Shown piece by piece: positions 60,152 to 64,000 of a DNA stretch of 64,000 bases. Below the pieces are notes generated by a model. It was given only the letters and a program-made list of their open reading frames with translations. It was not told the DNA's origin and did no database searches. The DNA is from an uncultured virus (IMG/VR IMGVR_UViG_3300006621_000005) (taxonomy: Duplodnaviria > Heunggongvirae > Uroviricota > Caudoviricetes), in the IMG/VR virus record IMGVR_UViG_3300006621_000005; one strand, written 5' to 3'. The translations under genes were made by a program, and so were the position numbers. Positions within the stretch are counted from its first letter, which is position 1; every line of letters starts with the position of its first letter.

Positions 60152-61655
60152 ATGGAGCTGAGTTTAACAGATAATAAGCAGTTTCTGCGTATTGATGANN
60201 GCGAGTGAGCTAGAACTAGAACAACTCAATATTACATTTAATCGCAGGATTGATAATTGGCGTTTTCATCCACTTGTAAAAAAGGGATTATGGGATGGCT
60301 ATATCTCGTATATCAAAGATGATAAGTGGATTCCATCCGGACTTTGGAAAGAAGTAATGGATATGGCCAAGGCATATAAATATGATTTAAAAATGAATGG
60401 TGTTACTTCACTATTCGATCCAAGCGTAAAACAAGATGAGTTTGAATCATGGGCTAAAGACTACTTTGATGGACATGAACTAGAGCCAAGAGATTATCAA
60501 CTTGAAGCAGCATATAATATCCTAAAATTTAGAAGATGTTTAAGTGAATTGGCAACATCNNNNNNNNNNNNNNNNNNNNNNNNNNNNNNNNNNNNNNNNN
60601 NNNNNNNNNNNNNNGGAAGGATATTACTTATTGTCCCAAACGTTTCGTTAGTTGTACAGGCCTCTGAGGACTTTATGGACTATAACTGGCGTAATGCAAC
60701 GAATATTAAGGTACAACAAATTTATTCTGGGCAAAAGATTAGACCAGGTAGAAACATGGTGATAGGTACGTATCAATCTCTTGTTAAGAAAGACAAAGAA
60801 TACTTTGAGCAATTTGATGCTGTAATTATTGATGAGACTCACAAGGCTAAGTCTACCTCTATTAAAACTATTCTACAAAAATGTACTGCGGCAAACTATC
60901 GATTTGGACTCTCGGGGACAATTCCAAAACCAAAGACGTTAGATAGATTAACCTTAATGGCACATACAGGCCCTGTAATTACAGAGGTCAATGCGGCATT
61001 CCTTCAAGATGAGGGTCATATTGCAGGTTGTAATGTGAAAGTAATAAAAATGGATTATGCACCTCAGAGCACAAAGAATGCTTTTTATGAGATGTCCCAA
61101 AACAGATATGAAAGTAAAGACGTTTTCAGATTTGAAAGTAATTATGTCATCAATTCAACAGGGCGTTTGGCTTTCATTTGCAACATTATTTCCAGAGTAC
61201 GTGGGAATAGCCTTGTTCTTTTCCACCGAATCGAACACGGCAAAAGAATTTATGAGAAACTGCGCCAAGATAGTGACAAACCCATCTATTATGTGGACGG
61301 TAATACCGACAAGGACATCCGTGAAGAATACAAGAAGAAGATGGAAGCAGGTGCGCAGGTTGTCATTGTTGCCTCTTATGGTACGTTCTCAACAGGGATC
61401 TCGATTAAGAAAATACATAACATCTTCTTTACCGAATCGTTTAAATCGGAAGTCATAATTAGACAATCAATCGGTAGAGGGCTAAGAAAACACCATACAA
61501 AATCAGAGGTAAATATTATTGATTTTGTAGATGACTTATCATCACCAGATTGGGATAACTATCTTATTAGACATGCCAAAGCTCGTCAAAAGATCTATAA
61601 GGAGCAGAAGTTCCCATTTGAGGTAAAAAATGTAACTTTTGACGGTGATATATAA
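60152..61655 (+). CDS. uvsW: UvsW-like SF2 DNA helicase (start 60152; small gaps)
   Basis: WDGYI, PRDYQ, LIVPNVSLV.Q, TYQSL, DETH, GLSGT, ASYGTFSTGISIK, QSIGRGLR, DFVDD. Confidence 0.93.
61647..61654 (+). promoter_or_regulatory. GATATATA putative late promoter
   Basis: Overlaps uvsW stop, 45 nt before ATG 61692. Confidence 0.7.
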
Positions 61656-61691
61656 TACTATAGTAAAGTATTAAAAATAAATTTAATAAAA

Positions 61692-63332
61692 ATGGGTTCA
61701 TTAAAACTACAATCTTTTGAAGATTTCGCTAATGCTTCTGCTGAAGCAGCAAAGATGAAATTAGAAGAAGAACAAAAAGCAGCTCGTACAGAGTCAGCTT
61801 ATCAATTCGAAACATTATTATCTGAGTTCGGCGTTACATCTGTAAAAGATTTAAACGAAGAAGACAGAAACAAATTTTTTGCTAAGCTAGGTACTTCTGA
61901 AGTATCTGAGTCTTTAGCAGTTATCGAGGAAGGTACCAGATCACAAGTTGGTATTATTTCTAAAAGAGGAAAAATAGAGTCAGTGTATATGCACTACGAT
62001 GGTTATCCAGACCACATGTTACCTACAATTAAGAAAGGTTACATGAACTCCGGAACAGTTAAGTTTTTACTTAAGAAAGGGGGTGGCTCAGGTTTGGAAG
62101 CAGATCCAAGTAAGATTAATTTCTACGGAGATAAAACAACTCTAAAAGGTGACGCTAAGAAAATCGACGATTATATTTCTGATGCTAGCGATAGAGCAGG
62201 AGCAGAATTCGTTTACCTATTTGATGAAAGAGATGGCAAATGGTATATGGCAGATGTATATGGAGATAAAGAATTAATTCCAGCATTTGAGTCACTAATT
62301 ATTAATGAAGCATTTAAACCAAGTAAAGGTAATGCAAGAGACGCTAAGAAAGTTTCGAAGTTTTTGAACACATTCTTCATGAAGCATTCTGCAATTGCAA
62401 ACTCTGATAGCTTTTTAGGTGCTTGTAGATACCTATTAGCTGAAGCCCTAACTGACGCTAACTTCCACTCATATAGAGATCCGGTAAGTAAAGCACTTGG
62501 TGGTAAGATTGCTACTATTATGGTAGAAATTGATAACCTAGGTGGTATGGCAATTCCAGTTGGTAAGAAAACAATCCTTAACCTATTAGATGAACATTAC
62601 TCTGGTCTAGCTAATGCAGCTGGATGGTCAGGTNNTTGGTATCGTTGAAGGTATGGCATTATTCTTAGATGGATTTGGTTATTCTCAACCAGCACAAAAG
62701 ATCGTAGATGCATTTGAATTAATCTGGGCTAATGAGTCTGTGATGAATGAAGGTAATGCTTTCTTAGCTGCAAGAGCTAAAGCAATTGAAGAAGATGCAG
62801 CAGAGTTTGAATTCAACGGTAAAACTTATCCTGTAATTAAAGAGGAAGTTGAACTAGAAGAAGGAAATGAATTTGGTGCTGCAAGAGCAAAAGCTATCGC
62901 AGATGGAGAAGATGAATTTGAAGTTGATGGTGAGAAATACCCAGTAACTAAAGTTGACAAAGAAGATAAAGAAAACGCTGAAGAATTTGTTGAAGAAGCT
63001 GAAGAAGAAGTTGAAGAAGGTAATGCCTTCGGTGCTGCAAGAGCAGAAGCAATTGCAAAAGGCGAAAAGACTTTTAAAGTTGGCGATGAAGAGTATGACG
63101 TAGAAGACGTTGATGCTGATGACAAAGAGAACGCAGAAGAATTTGTAGAAGAAGCTGAAGAGGTTTCTGAAGCAGAAGTAAAATCGGATGAAGACTTTAA
63201 AGAGTATGCATTNNNNNNNNNNNNNNNNNNNNNNNNNNNNNNNNNNNNNNNNNNNNNNNNNNNNNNNNNNNNNNNNNNNNNNNNNNTGACTATGGTGCAG
63301 CAGTTGGTGCATTACAATCATCATTAGGATAA
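61692..63332 (+). CDS. putative capsid-internal multi-module protein (single gene across gaps at 62634 and 63213-63286)
   Basis: LQSFEDF leader; EGTRSQVG...YMHYDGYP module; ESLIINEA/ESVMNEG linkers; three EGNxFxAARAxAI repeats; ends DYGAAVGALQSSLG-TAA. Confidence 0.7.
62749..63162 (+). repeat. three tandem EGN(A/E)F(L/G)AARA(K/E)AI..G...F...G..Y.V protein repeats
   Basis: Visible in translation and at nucleotide level (GCTGCAAGAGC x3). Confidence 0.88.
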
Positions 63333-63351
63333 AAACAATCTAAAACTTCTT

Positions 63352-64000
63352 ATGAAGAAACTATTTACATTTAAAGAATTCTTAAACGAAAAAGTCCAGG
63401 TAAACAACTTGGACAATTTCGTATTTGAAGGTGGGGCTGCTGGCCACATGATGCATCCATTCGATGACCACTCATTAACATTTGCTGATTTCAAAACTAT
63501 TGTAAGATCTGCTCTACAAGGAGGTCTTGATTTTGAAGAGACTCCAACTGAAAAGACAGATGGCCAGAATGTATTTGCAACTGTAAAGGATGGTAAAGCA
63601 ATGTTCGCTAGAAATAAGGGACAATTAGCAAACCCACTCGACTTAAATGGTATTATTAAGATGTTCACTGGCCACGCTTCAAAGCTGGTTGAAGAAACAT
63701 TCATCTTTGCTGCTAAAGATCTAGCAGAAGCGCTACCAAAGCTTAAGGACCAATCTGTATTCATGGATGGTAACTCATTTATCAACATGGAGCTCATTTA
63801 CTCTAAGAATCCTAATGTAATCTATTATGACAGAGATGTTATTCAATTCCACGGTATGAAAGTTACTGATGGNNNNNNNNNNNNNNNNNNNNNNNNNNNN
63901 NNNNNNNNNNNNNNNNNNNNNNNNNNNNNNGATGTGCAAAAGACCTTTACAATAATTCCCCCTCAAATTTTAAAGCTAGGAAAAGATATTAACTTTGATG
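63352..64000 (+). CDS. KxDG ligase-like nucleotidyltransferase with capsid-targeting-like leader (partial, runs off window; absent from ORF track)
   Basis: Manual translation MKKLFTFKEFLNE...FEGGAAGHMMHPFDD...TEKTDGQN...FARNKG...INMELIY. Confidence 0.75.
   Translation, partial: MKKLFTFKEFLNEKVQVNNLDNFVFEGGAAGHMMHPFDDHSLTFADFKTIVRSALQGGLDFEETPTEKTDGQNVFATVKDGKAMFARNKGQLANPLDLNGIIKMFTGHASKLVEETFIFAAKDLAEALPKLKDQSVFMDGNSFINMELIYSKNPNVIYYDRDVIQFHGMKVTDXXXXXXXXXXXXXXXXXXXXDVQKTFTIIPPQILKLGKDINFD

Noticed and set aside
3468..63286. Apparent frameshifts or pseudogenes (3271/3545, 5127/5972, 10860/11284, 34618/34781, 60152/60192, 61692/62614)
   Set aside because: Every frame break coincides with an N run of uncertain length; assembly artefact, not programmed frameshifting or decay
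1..64000. Stop-codon recoding as in some Bacteroidota phages
   Set aside because: Standard code already gives long, tightly packed ORFs, and TAG/TGA occur at plausible gene ends

Overview
AT-rich, densely coded, almost entirely + strand segment of a large T4-like (myovirus/jumbo-type) phage genome, with several N gaps that artificially split genes. A Bacteroidota (probably aquatic Flavobacteriia) host is inferred from the absence of Shine-Dalgarno motifs, a Bacteroidetes-like early promoter, BACON domains and a GH17 enzyme. Layout: UV endonuclease UvsE and putative capsid-internal proteins (1-5 kb); two tandem BACON/Thr-rich adhesin-like proteins ending in Hint domains (5.1-8.9 kb); dCMP deaminase, DinG-like helicase, 2OG-Fe(II) oxygenase and hypotheticals (10-15.7 kb); a baseplate/neck/tail-fibre module with embedded ribosomal-S1-like and amidoligase genes (15.7-54.3 kb); RuvC-like resolvase, a GH17 glucanase and the gp32-gp61-UvsY-UvsW replication cluster (54.6-61.7 kb); more capsid-targeted proteins at the end. 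Main observations: (1) Hint-terminated adhesin pair, one splice-competent by motif and one cleavage-only; (2) a family of proteins with T4-internal-protein-like capsid-targeting leaders and repeated ESxxNE linkers, suggesting protease-processed cargo polyproteins; (3) three distinct promoter classes readable from sequence (47-bp early repeat, GAAAC-N17/18-TATAA, GATATATA), some gated by hairpins; (4) a promoter firing into a non-coding tandem repeat (candidate ncRNA or origin); (5) GC-enriched hairpin-rich patches inside coding sequences. All functional calls come from motif recognition by eye; no searches were run.
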